This document shows, one piece after another, positions 18,894 to 28,027 of a stretch of DNA of 64,000 nucleotides. Origin of the DNA: a bacterium UBP13_UBA5359 (GTDB lineage Bacteria; UBP13; UBA5359); assembly GCA_002410925.1 (NCBI GenBank), contig DHPR01000004.1:1-64000 (forward strand), read 5' to 3'. Numbering within the stretch: position 1 is the first letter of the stretch; every line of letters begins with the position of its first letter. Both the position numbers and the translations under genes were made by a program. The notes under the pieces were generated by a model that saw only the letters and a program-made list of their open reading frames with translations, searched no databases and was not told the origin of the DNA.

Positions 18894-20337
18894 TCAAGCA
18901 TCGATATCAGGGTGTAACAATAATATACGAATTATGATTGCTCGCTGGGTTGTCACTGGCGAGATTATGCTTAAAACGGCTACTCATTTGGGAGGCTCTG
19001 CGGATGTTGCCATTGATATGCCCCTGCTAAGAGATTCTAAAGATGGCGTGCCTCTGCTTCCGGGAACATCTTTGGCCGGTGCATTGCGCAGCCATCTGGC
19101 TGATATTCTTGGTGGATACCGATCAGAAGAGGTTGCGGACGTAGCTGCTTTGTTCGGTGCAGCCATGTGTGATCATGAAGGGATAGAAAGCCCTTTGATT
19201 GTTTTTGATTCCCTGGGGCGATTGCCGGACGGTATGGCTGTGGAAATCCGTGATGGCGTTGCTCTTGAACCGGCAAGTGGTACAGCCCAGATGCATAAGA
19301 AATTTGATATGGAGGTACTCCCGGCAGGGACGGTTTTTCCTATTCGGGTGGAATTGATAATCTCGAATATCGGCAGGGAATCTAAATTAATCAATCTTTT
19401 AGCAGAAACGTTAAATGGCTTAGCGGAAGGAGAGGTCTCTCTTGGAATGAGGCGCTCCAGGGGATTAGGGGCGATTGCTGCCCAAAATTGGCGTGCTATT
19501 CGGTATGATCTGGCTTCACAAGAGGGTTGGCTCAATTATCTGACTGCAGATGCTCTGACCCCTATAAGCGACGATGTCGAGGCTCATTCTTCTCCATGGA
19601 AGGCTTGCTGTAATGCTTACGCATCTATTAACCAGGAAGAGCTCCCTGATAAGCGGCAGCGGATAATTATTGAGGCGAAACTATCTTTCTCTGGAGGGAT
19701 CTTGGTGCGTAGTCCGGCAGTCACAGCTGATGCTCCGGATGCGGTACATCTTATTTCCGGCGGACGGTCTATTTTACCGGGCACAAGTTTGGCCGGCGTG
19801 CTGAGGAATAGAGCGCTGAGAATTGCTCGTATTGTTCGCAATAAAAAGAATGATGCGGAGGGCTGGATTGAGAGAATTTTCGGATCGCGATTGGAAGAAA
19901 ATATCAAGGTTGAATCCTCCGCTTCTCGCCTGAAAATCTCTGAGAACGTGATCACGGATGGAGTGCGAATTAGGCCTTCCCGTACTCGTATTGATCGGTT
20001 TACGCAAGGGGTAACCAAAGGTGCACTCTTTGATGAAGAACCGCATTATGATGGAAAAACAACGGTACGCCTGGAGCTGCGAAAACCATTATCCGGGGAG
20101 GCCGGATTGCTTCTGTTATTGTTAAAAGATCTGCTTTCCGGTGATCTGAATGTGGGTGGCGCAGGTTCCATAGGCCGTGGAGTAATTAAAGGCACAGCTA
20201 AAATTCGTTTTGGTGATAGGGCAGAAAGAGAGGTAAGGGTTACTGGAGAGGACCTTAAGGTTGCAGCTGATGATAGGGATTTTTTGAATAAAGAAATAGA
20301 GAAGTTTTATACGGAGGTGCTTTGTGAACCGGCTTGA
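18883..20337 (+). CDS. cas7: Tandem Cas7-Cas7 RAMP fusion
   Basis: Two LPGTSLAG.LR repeats and two G-loops (GMRRSRGLG, GGAGSIGRG). Confidence 0.9.
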   Translation: MMSNQASISGCNNNIRIMIARWVVTGEIMLKTATHLGGSADVAIDMPLLRDSKDGVPLLPGTSLAGALRSHLADILGGYRSEEVADVAALFGAAMCDHEGIESPLIVFDSLGRLPDGMAVEIRDGVALEPASGTAQMHKKFDMEVLPAGTVFPIRVELIISNIGRESKLINLLAETLNGLAEGEVSLGMRRSRGLGAIAAQNWRAIRYDLASQEGWLNYLTADALTPISDDVEAHSSPWKACCNAYASINQEELPDKRQRIIIEAKLSFSGGILVRSPAVTADAPDAVHLISGGRSILPGTSLAGVLRNRALRIARIVRNKKNDAEGWIERIFGSRLEENIKVESSASRLKISENVITDGVRIRPSRTRIDRFTQGVTKGALFDEEPHYDGKTTVRLELRKPLSGEAGLLLLLLKDLLSGDLNVGGAGSIGRGVIKGTAKIRFGDRAEREVRVTGEDLKVAADDRDFLNKEIEKFYTEVLCEPA

Positions 20338-20935
20338 AGGATGCAGGATAGAGAGGCTGGATAATCAAGCGTGTCAGATTGTTCTAAGACAAGTGCTCGA
20401 AAGAGAAGAAATGGAAGATGGCGTTAATACTCTTTCTTGGCTCTTGGCATATTGTCATGATGGTGTGACATGGGGAAGATATGAAAGCTCCAGGCGATGT
20501 TGGCAGCTATCCACCAATGCATTTCCAGATTTATGTCCCCAGATTTCCTGCTCCAATCTTTTGGAACTTCGTCTGTTTGGTTCTGAAAGTGAAATAATGC
20601 TTTGGAAAGCAGATGGCAGCTTATCCGGCCGGCTGATGTGCAATCAGCCGGCTGAAAAGAAGGCTTCTTCTGTTCAGCCGGGAAGTGAGACGCGTATTCT
20701 ATTAGGAGATCGCATCATAGGAGAGCCTAGAGAGGGTTTTACTAGAGTAGGAACAGCCAGCGGAATGGAGCAGGCCGTTCCTTTGGAATGCAAGAAAAAG
20801 GACTTCGATGATGGGCGTTGGCCGCTTCGCTTGAAAGTGCGACATTACTTTGAACAGGACAGGAAGACTGGTGCAGTTCGCGTGGCTGCAACGCGTCTTG
20901 TAGAAGTTTTTAAGGAGGCTGTTAATGCATACTAA
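20324..20935 (+). CDS. csx19: CRISPR-associated Csx19 (type III-D signature subunit)
   Basis: WLLAYCHDGVTWG, LELRLF...EIMLW and C-terminal L.VRHYF...RLV; position between Cas7-Cas7 and Cas7-insertion. Confidence 0.85.
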   Translation: MNRLEGCRIERLDNQACQIVLRQVLEREEMEDGVNTLSWLLAYCHDGVTWGRYESSRRCWQLSTNAFPDLCPQISCSNLLELRLFGSESEIMLWKADGSLSGRLMCNQPAEKKASSVQPGSETRILLGDRIIGEPREGFTRVGTASGMEQAVPLECKKKDFDDGRWPLRLKVRHYFEQDRKTGAVRVAATRLVEVFKEAVNAY

Positions 20936-22892
20936 TCCGACAAATGAAAAAACTGCCACTGCCCCTTACAATTTTGTTCCTTTACCCAATTCTGTTTACA
21001 CTCTGGATAATGGTATTGAAGTCAATGGCCAAAGGATTGAGCATGATCACTTTGTACCGGAAACGCACAGTGGGTGGCTTGATCTTGCGATTGAAACTCT
21101 AACGCCGTTATTTATTCGTGGGCCGATAACCAAAAGCGATGAGGATTGGAACAAGCGAGAGCTGCGTTTGCAATCGGAGCCTTTCACTACGCCGGATGGC
21201 AGGCCTTTAATCCCTGGCTCCGGCCTGCGAGGTATGATTCGAACCTTGATAGAAATTCTTTCCTTTAGCAAGATCGTACCGGTGACGAAGGAGAAAGCCT
21301 TCTTCAGAAATATGGGGAAGGATCGAGTCAGCAAGCTTTATCGCAAAAAAATGATATGTGAAAATAAAAAGCCGAGCGGAGGGTACGTCAAAGAAGATAA
21401 TGGCCAATGGGTTATTGTTCCCGCAAAGGAAGTGTTAAGAATTAGTAAAAAAGGGTTGAATACACTAGGGCTAAATATTCTTGAAAAGCGAGAGGGAAGA
21501 GATTATCCTAATTGGAAAGCCCAGCATAAACAATGTTGGTTTAAGCGTGACGATCGGATAAATTATCGAGTAAAAAAGATTTATCTTAGCCTTCAAAGGG
21601 GTTTGGAAGAGGGCACTCTGGTTCTTTCCGGCAATGTGCCAAATAAGGTGTATGATTTTGTATTCGTGGGGCAGGACGAAGAGCATCAGGTTGTTATTCC
21701 CAATAAGATCTGGCAGCGATTTCACGGTGAAAGCCAGATTACTCAATGGCAAGAGATTGCTTTTCCGCAAAACGAACCCGAGAAGGGTTGCCGTAGGGGT
21801 AAAGGCCACTTATGTAATGGCGAACCGGTATTTTTTTTAACGAATGATTCTGCCAAATCTGATGAAAATCCGGAAGGACTGATATTTTTTGGCCGAGCCC
21901 AGATGTTCCGTTTTCCTTATGATCATAGTCCAAATGATTTGATTCCTCAAAAAATCAAAAATGCCGGTCTGGATTTGGCCGAAGCTATGTTCGGAATGGT
22001 TGATAAGAAGAAGGATCTGGCCATTAAAGGGCGAGTTTTTTTCGAAGATGCTGTAGTTAACGGCGGCAGACAGGCATGGCTAGAGAAAATCATAGTGCCG
22101 CGTATACTTTCCTCACCCAAGATAACCTGCTTTCAGCATTATCTGGTTCAGAACGGAAGCTCCCCAAAAGAGCTGCTTACATATCTATCGGAAGACCAAG
22201 CAGTTATCCGTGGTCATAAGCTATATTGGCACCGCTGGGACATAAACCGGGGACTTGATGCCGTTAAAGAATCTGATAAATATGATGAGCTATTGAATGA
22301 ATTGCAATCCGGCAAACCTAAAGAAGACTCTCAACATACGCTTATTCAGCCTGTTAAAGCAGGTGTGACCTTTAATGGACGTATCCGCTTTGAAAATTTA
22401 ACAGATATTGAATTGGGAGCCTTGCTCTGTGCATTGCAACTTCCAAAGGGCTGTGCTCACAAGCTGGGAATGGGAAAACCCCTTGGCCTGGGAACTGTGC
22501 AAATAGAATCAAAACTTAACCTCATTGATAGAGTTAAGAGATATGCATGTTGGGAGAATAACGGTAGTTTTCAAAATGATGGAAGCGATTTTATTAAGAA
22601 ATTTGAAGAAGCGATGCTTGTTCATGCCCGAAAGAGCCAGGAAAAGATGAATGAGAGCAAGACCGGCCTGCAGAAAATCGCTCGATTAGAAGTGCTGTTT
22701 CACCTTTTAAATTGGGAGAAAAGGCCGCAACTTTCCAGCACCGATTACATGAGGGTAGATGATTTTCGTTCCAGGTCGATTCTTCCAACGCCGTGTGAAG
22801 TGTTTGAAAAGGGAGAACCTGCCCGAGCATCTGATTTGCTAAAATCAAAAGAGCAGGCTTGGGCAAAGCAAGGCAAAGCACACAAGAGATAG
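20925..22892 (+). CDS. cas7: Cas7 with large insertion (TIGR03986-family RAMP)
   Basis: APYNFVPL, TLTPLFIRG, IPGSGLRGMIR, GRVFFEDA, RGHKLYWH, FENL...ELGALL and KLGMGKPLGLG. Confidence 0.9.
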   Translation: MHTNPTNEKTATAPYNFVPLPNSVYTLDNGIEVNGQRIEHDHFVPETHSGWLDLAIETLTPLFIRGPITKSDEDWNKRELRLQSEPFTTPDGRPLIPGSGLRGMIRTLIEILSFSKIVPVTKEKAFFRNMGKDRVSKLYRKKMICENKKPSGGYVKEDNGQWVIVPAKEVLRISKKGLNTLGLNILEKREGRDYPNWKAQHKQCWFKRDDRINYRVKKIYLSLQRGLEEGTLVLSGNVPNKVYDFVFVGQDEEHQVVIPNKIWQRFHGESQITQWQEIAFPQNEPEKGCRRGKGHLCNGEPVFFLTNDSAKSDENPEGLIFFGRAQMFRFPYDHSPNDLIPQKIKNAGLDLAEAMFGMVDKKKDLAIKGRVFFEDAVVNGGRQAWLEKIIVPRILSSPKITCFQHYLVQNGSSPKELLTYLSEDQAVIRGHKLYWHRWDINRGLDAVKESDKYDELLNELQSGKPKEDSQHTLIQPVKAGVTFNGRIRFENLTDIELGALLCALQLPKGCAHKLGMGKPLGLGTVQIESKLNLIDRVKRYACWENNGSFQNDGSDFIKKFEEAMLVHARKSQEKMNESKTGLQKIARLEVLFHLLNWEKRPQLSSTDYMRVDDFRSRSILPTPCEVFEKGEPARASDLLKSKEQAWAKQGKAHKR

Positions 22893-23138
22893 CGCAACAG
22901 ATGTTGTCAAAACGGTAATACCTTCCTCTTCGGAGCGAATCAAACCTATTGAGCAAGGGCAAACACGTAGAGGTTTGTTGAAGCGAGACCGCGACCAATG
23001 GAGCGCCCGATTTGAAGGCGATGATCTGTAACGAAGGTGAAATTCCTGAAGGGCAACCGAAGATTGCAGTGCGAATTTTTTATTGTCAAACAAAATAAAA
23101 AAGTTGGAATTAGGGTTCGTTTTGAAAAGCTTCTCTAA
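22893..23138 (+). pseudogene. Frameshifted remnant of the Cas7-insertion C-terminal extension
   Basis: Removing one copy of the 10-nt duplication at 22862-22880 reads through into DSATDVVKTVIPSSSERIKPIEQGQTRRGLLKRDRDQWSARFEGDDL; a later frame gives EFFIVKQNKKVGIRVRFEKLL*. Confidence 0.55.
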
Positions 23139-23183
23139 ATAGCAGAGCGATAAAATTTATCTTTAGCAAAGAGGGAGTGCAAA

Positions 23184-24449
23184 ATGAAGTGGCTGATAAT
23201 TACTGTGGGGTGGTCTTCCCAGCCGATAGTAACATCTATAAAGACATGGCACCCAGACCGAGTGGCCTTTGTTTGTTCTGATAACAGCAATGAAAATAAA
23301 AGCTCATGTCGGCAGATAATGGGAGAGGGTTTAGTTTGTTCATCCAAGGATGATGGAAAGGAACAGAATTTGCCTAATATACCGACTCAGGCTGGGTTAA
23401 ATGAAGAACAGTATAAGGATTACTTGATTACTGTGCCGGCGGATGATATTGAGAGTGCTTATGACAGAATAGTTAAACGTATTGCCGACATAAGGGCAGA
23501 GGATAAGAATGCAACCATTACCGCCGATTATACCGGCGGCACCAAATCCATGTCTATTGCGCTTGCTATGGCAGCAATTGATGATGGCAATATAATAGAT
23601 ATAAAATTTGTTACCGGACCCAGGCAGGATCTGCCGAAGGTGACTTTGGGTGAATCTTTGAGGCCGGCCAAGGTTACTGGAATACGCATAAGACACATTT
23701 CGAAAGAGATCAATTTGCTGATGAAAGAGCTTCAATATGCAGCGGCTGCCAATCTGTTGGCCGAGTTTATCGCTGAAATAGATGTGGATTCAAGCTGGCA
23801 AAAGGCGGTGAATTGTTTGCAGGCATTTGATGCCTGGAACAGATTTGATTATCAATATGCTCTCGAGCTTTTCAGGGCTGTGGGAGGAGAGAAGAATGAA
23901 AAATTTTTAAAGGTGTTGGGGTGTTTAGCTTCATCTGATAGACCTGCTTGGGAGAGCCGAAGTGGCTATCTTCTGGCAAGAGATCTTCTGAGTAATGCTG
24001 CAAGGCAGGCGGCACAGTGCAGATATGAGGATGCTGCAGCCAGGCATTATCGTGCTGTAGAATTAGTGGCTCAAACACAGCTTTTTATGCGCCATAAGAT
24101 AACGACAGCCTCTGTTATGTATGACCAAATACCATCAGATATTTTCTGGAAACCTGAAATAGATAACGGCCCTTTGGAAATAGGTCTGTTCAGAGCATGG
24201 GAGCTGGCGGCAGCTCTGGACAGCAAGGTTGGAGATCTCTTTAATGAATGGCGCGCCCGGCTAAAAGAAGCGATAAAGATTAGAAATATGAGCTTGTGTG
24301 CACATGGAACCGCTGTTATTACGCGTAGTGATTATGATAATGACAGCTCTAACGGCATGCGTGCTTTTGCATCTGCTGCCATCAAGCTTCTGGATAGCGG
24401 CGGACCGAAGATTCCGGAATTTCCGAGAAACCTGGAAGCTTTAACGTAA
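23184..24449 (+). CDS. TIGR02710-type CRISPR-associated CARF protein with C-terminal HEPN-like RNase motif (Csm6-like)
   Basis: ITVGWSSQP, DYTGGTKSMS, AFDAWNRFDY..A, YEDAAAR.YRAVE..AQ and RNMSLCAHG. Confidence 0.85.
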   Translation: MKWLIITVGWSSQPIVTSIKTWHPDRVAFVCSDNSNENKSSCRQIMGEGLVCSSKDDGKEQNLPNIPTQAGLNEEQYKDYLITVPADDIESAYDRIVKRIADIRAEDKNATITADYTGGTKSMSIALAMAAIDDGNIIDIKFVTGPRQDLPKVTLGESLRPAKVTGIRIRHISKEINLLMKELQYAAAANLLAEFIAEIDVDSSWQKAVNCLQAFDAWNRFDYQYALELFRAVGGEKNEKFLKVLGCLASSDRPAWESRSGYLLARDLLSNAARQAAQCRYEDAAARHYRAVELVAQTQLFMRHKITTASVMYDQIPSDIFWKPEIDNGPLEIGLFRAWELAAALDSKVGDLFNEWRARLKEAIKIRNMSLCAHGTAVITRSDYDNDSSNGMRAFASAAIKLLDSGGPKIPEFPRNLEALT

Positions 24450-24599
24450 AAGCGCTTGCCTTAACGTTGTGTAAGATAAAGCCGTGTATTTAATTACCCG
24501 ATTATCCGGAGAGGAAAAACAGGAATGAATAGAGAATGGCCGTCTTGCTAAATTACCTTGGAAAGGAGAGACGGCCCTCTGTATAGCTGAGAATAATTG

Positions 24600-24628
24600 T
24601 TTGCGTCCTGATTTAATAAGCGTATAAT
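24600..24628 (+). promoter_or_regulatory. Putative sigma70-type promoter for the L,D-transpeptidase gene
   Basis: TTGCGT at 24601 and TATAAT at 24623 (16-17 nt spacing). Confidence 0.5.
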
Positions 24629-24638
24629 TACATAAGAA

Positions 24639-25877
24639 GTGATAATAGCCGCAATGCATCATGAGCGAGGAGGCCTGAGAAGCATTAAACGCTGCATATT
24701 AACTATTCTATCACTCTTCTTAATTTTACAACCTCTGGCTGCCCAGCCTCTGAATCGCCTTACCGGCAGGGCTCTTCTCTATGAAGTCAAAGAAGGCGAG
24801 AGCTTCTACAGCATTGCTCGCTCCCATGGATTGGGGAGCTGGCATTTGCGCCGTGCCAACCCGGGTATGTATGAGTGCCGGCCGGGAGTGCGGCTGCTGT
24901 TGCCGCTGCAGCGAATTGTGCCGAAATATCAGGGCAGTGGAGTGGTGGTGAATTTGCCGGAGAGAATGCTCTACGTCTTTACGAACGGTTCTCTCGAAAC
25001 TTTTTATCCTATAGCCATCGGCCGGCCTGAATTGCGCTGGCAGACTCCCGTCGGCAATTATCACGTCGCCTTCAAAGCCATCAACCCTACCTGGTATCCT
25101 CCCAGGTGGGCTGGACTGGAAAAGCCGGTGCCTCCCGGGCAGAATAATCCTCTTGGCGACAGGTGGATCGGCCTGTCAAAATCAGGTTACGGATTTCACG
25201 GTACGCCATCGTTGTACAGCATAGGTCTATCCGCTTCCCATGGGTGCATGCGTATGTACCCTGAACATGTTCAAAGCCTTTATCGTTCGTTGAAACGTGG
25301 TTCCAGGGTAGAAGTGATCTATCGTCCGGTGCTGTTGTCGCTGGATAAAGAGGCTGGAGAGTGCCGTCTTTCCGTCTTTCCCGATGTTTATGGCCGTACA
25401 GGCAGCTTATATGCTTGCGCCGTCAAGCTTCTTGAGGAAGCCGGATTGGCCCGAGCGACGGACAAGAGCCTGTTAGCGGGTATAATCAAGCGGGCGGCCG
25501 GTCTTTCGGAGCCTTTGCTTTCCACGACAAAGATTTACTTCTGTGGACGACAGCTGCCTGCAAAGCATATGGTTATTCATGAAGAAGGGGAGATATATCT
25601 GGAGAAGGGAGATCTAGCTCTTTGCCGGGCGTTTGTCGGTTTTCCTGATAGCTATGCTCCGACCGGCATAACCGGCAGCTCGCGGTCTCTTCAGGCCTTG
25701 TCATATCTAGAGAACCCTGCTACTCTGATTTTTAGTAAAACCGGCAAAGCTTACAGGCAGATACTAGGCGGTGATTATTTGCCCTTTCTTCCGTTTGCCA
25801 AATCTATCGGTCTTATCTGTATCATGGAGGGTAATAGACTCTTTTTGGTTACCGTGAGGCCGGAAGCTGGAAATTAA
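24639..25877 (+). CDS. L,D-transpeptidase (YkuD family) with N-terminal LysM domain; start uncertain
   Basis: YEVKEGESFYSIA LysM, YPIAIG, NPLGDRW and YGFHGT....IG..ASHGCMRM catalytic motif. Confidence 0.88.
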   Translation: MIIAAMHHERGGLRSIKRCILTILSLFLILQPLAAQPLNRLTGRALLYEVKEGESFYSIARSHGLGSWHLRRANPGMYECRPGVRLLLPLQRIVPKYQGSGVVVNLPERMLYVFTNGSLETFYPIAIGRPELRWQTPVGNYHVAFKAINPTWYPPRWAGLEKPVPPGQNNPLGDRWIGLSKSGYGFHGTPSLYSIGLSASHGCMRMYPEHVQSLYRSLKRGSRVEVIYRPVLLSLDKEAGECRLSVFPDVYGRTGSLYACAVKLLEEAGLARATDKSLLAGIIKRAAGLSEPLLSTTKIYFCGRQLPAKHMVIHEEGEIYLEKGDLALCRAFVGFPDSYAPTGITGSSRSLQALSYLENPATLIFSKTGKAYRQILGGDYLPFLPFAKSIGLICIMEGNRLFLVTVRPEAGN

Positions 25878-25999
25878 TCTCACATGGCGCCGTTGACGCC
25901 GCCACTGGCAGGGAATATCCAGCCAGAGGGGCCGGCCAGGTAATGAATTTCTACCAGCACGGTATTATTAGATCATGAAAGAAACAGAGCAAAAAACGT

Positions 26000-26066
26000 G
26001 ATGCCTCATTGAAAAATCTATTCAAGAGAGGGTACGATGCCTCACGTAAAAATCTACTCGAAGGGA
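26000..26066. repeat. Two imperfect tandem repeats, 36-nt period, upstream of the hisI-trp promoter
   Basis: gatgcctcattgaaaaatctattc (26000) vs gatgcctcacgtaaaaatctactc (26036). Confidence 0.7.
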
Positions 26067-26071
26067 AAAAC

Positions 26072-26100
26072 TTGCGTATATGGTTGGCTGCCGTTATAAT
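26072..26100 (+). promoter_or_regulatory. Sigma70-type promoter of the hisI-trp operon
   Basis: TTGCGT - 17 nt - TATAAT, ending 9 nt before the hisI ATG. Confidence 0.7.
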
Positions 26101-26109
26101 AGGTAAGTC

Positions 26110-26484
26110 ATGAGTATTGCAGATCAGTTAAAGTTCGATAAGGATGGCCTCATTCCTGCCATTGCTCAGGATCACCAGACCGGTGAGCTGCTGATGGTTG
26201 CGTATATGAATAAAGAGGCTGTCGAGCGTAGTTTGAGCGACGGACGCGCCTGGTATTGGTCCCGCTCTCGCCGTCAATACTGGTTGAAAGGCGAGAGCTC
26301 AGGCCATTTCCAGCATATAAAGGGCGTTTACGTCGATTGTGATGCCGACGCCCTGCTTCTCAAGGTGGAACAGATTGGAGGCGCCTGCCATACCGGCTTC
26401 CGCTCCTGCTTTTTCCGCCGAGTTGAGGGCGATGAGCTGCGCGAAGTCGGAGATAAGGTCTTCGATCCCCACGAAAAATACTAA
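26110..26484 (+). CDS. hisI: Phosphoribosyl-AMP cyclohydrolase
   Basis: GLIPAIAQD, YWSRSR, WLKGESSGH, DCDAD and ACHTG..SCF. Confidence 0.95.
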   Translation: MSIADQLKFDKDGLIPAIAQDHQTGELLMVAYMNKEAVERSLSDGRAWYWSRSRRQYWLKGESSGHFQHIKGVYVDCDADALLLKVEQIGGACHTGFRSCFFRRVEGDELREVGDKVFDPHEKY

Positions 26485-26518
26485 GCGATAGATCATCCCC
26501 TCAGAAAGGGGATGAATT

Positions 26519-28027
26519 ATGTACACACCCGATTTAGCAACCTTTATCAAATTATCCGACCGGGGCAATCTGGTGCCGGTCTGTCATGAAATTCTAGCCG
26601 ATCTGGAAACGCCCGTTTCAGCCTATATGAAGATTGCCGGTGGAGAGGAGCACTCCTTTCTACTGGAGAGTGTTGAGAGAGGGGAGAAGCTGGCCCGGTA
26701 CTCTTTTCTGGGTGCTTCTCCCTTTCTGGTTTTTCGTAGCAGTGGCCAAGAGATAACAATAACCGACCGAGGAAAGCAAACTCAGCGCCGGCTTAAAAAT
26801 GATGAAGAGCCTTTGTCGGTGCTACGGGAGATTCTGGATCGCTACAGCTTTGCAGCACATGAAGCTTTGCCGCCATTTTGCGGCGGGGCAGTGGGCTATA
26901 TCGGCTACGATGCCGTTCGGCATTTTGAATGCCTGTCGCAATCTCCCATAGACGACTTGGGGTTGCCGGAAATCTACTTTATTCTAGCGGATACCATCCT
27001 GATATTTGATCATCTCAGGCATCGAATCAAAATTATTTCCAATGCTTTGATCGAGGGTGATCCCCGGGCTGCTTATACGGCAGCCTGCGCCAGGATAGAA
27101 GCAACTGCAGATAAGCTGCGGCATTCACTGCCGGAGAGGGTGGTTGCTCCTGTTGAAGAAGCTCCTGTTATCTCGGCCTTCGGGCGCGAGGATTTCTGCC
27201 GGGCGGTGGAAAATATCAAAGAGCAGATCGCCGCTGGAGAGGTCTTTCAGGCGGTATTGTCACATCGCATGACAACATCATCACAAGCCGATCCCTTAGA
27301 TGTTTATCGTGCATTGCGCTCTCTGAATCCTTCTCCATATATGTATTACCTTTCTTTTAACGACTTGAAGCTCATAGGATCATCGCCGGAGATACTGGTG
27401 ACGGAAGCAGCCGGAGAGGTAACAACACGGCCCATAGCCGGCACGCGGCGGCGTGGGGCTGATGCTGCGGAGGATGAGCGGCTGTCAAAGGAGCTGCTGG
27501 CCGATGCAAAGGAGAGGGCTGAGCATATTATGCTGGTGGAGCTGGGATGTGACGATCTGAAAGGTATTTGTCGGCCGGGTACGGTGGAGATATCGGAGTT
27601 CATGACCGTTGAGAAATATTCCCATGTAATCCACATTGTTTCCAACGTTCAAGGGAAATTACGGATCGGACTGGATCGTTTTGATGTTTTGCGAGCCTGC
27701 TTTCCAGCCGGAACGGTCAGCGGCGCGCCAAGGGTCAGGGCCATGGAGATAATCAACCGGCTGGAGCCGCATGCCCGTGGCCCGTATGCCGGGGCTATAG
27801 GCTATTTTAGTTTCTCCGGAGCTATGGATACCTGTATCACTATCAGGACTATCATTCGGGAGAACGGCCGATATCATATCCAGGCCGGAGCCGGTATTGT
27901 GGCCGATTCCCGGCCGGAGCATGAATATCAGGAGACGTTGAACAAGGCTATGGCTTTGCTGGAAGCCGTTAGGATGGCTGAAAGAGGAGTAAAAAACCTT
28001 CTGAAGATAGGGGGCTCGGAGCAATGA
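26519..28027 (+). CDS. trpE: Anthranilate synthase component I
   Basis: LLES, NPSPYM, SSPE, PIAGTR, FPAGTVSGAP, QAGAGIVADS; precedes trpD. Confidence 0.9.
   Translation: MYTPDLATFIKLSDRGNLVPVCHEILADLETPVSAYMKIAGGEEHSFLLESVERGEKLARYSFLGASPFLVFRSSGQEITITDRGKQTQRRLKNDEEPLSVLREILDRYSFAAHEALPPFCGGAVGYIGYDAVRHFECLSQSPIDDLGLPEIYFILADTILIFDHLRHRIKIISNALIEGDPRAAYTAACARIEATADKLRHSLPERVVAPVEEAPVISAFGREDFCRAVENIKEQIAAGEVFQAVLSHRMTTSSQADPLDVYRALRSLNPSPYMYYLSFNDLKLIGSSPEILVTEAAGEVTTRPIAGTRRRGADAAEDERLSKELLADAKERAEHIMLVELGCDDLKGICRPGTVEISEFMTVEKYSHVIHIVSNVQGKLRIGLDRFDVLRACFPAGTVSGAPRVRAMEIINRLEPHARGPYAGAIGYFSFSGAMDTCITIRTIIRENGRYHIQAGAGIVADSRPEHEYQETLNKAMALLEAVRMAERGVKNLLKIGGSEQ

Noticed and set aside
24450-24640. 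Degenerate CRISPR repeat downstream of the cas operon (cctgatttaataag; hairpin ggccgtct/agacggcc)
   Set aside because: No second copy, and the sequence is better explained as the promoter spacer of the next gene
25878-26110. T-box riboswitch, Trp attenuator peptide or mini CRISPR array before hisI-trp
   Set aside because: No T-box consensus or Trp-codon leader; the two repeats are imperfect and too closely spaced for repeat-spacer units
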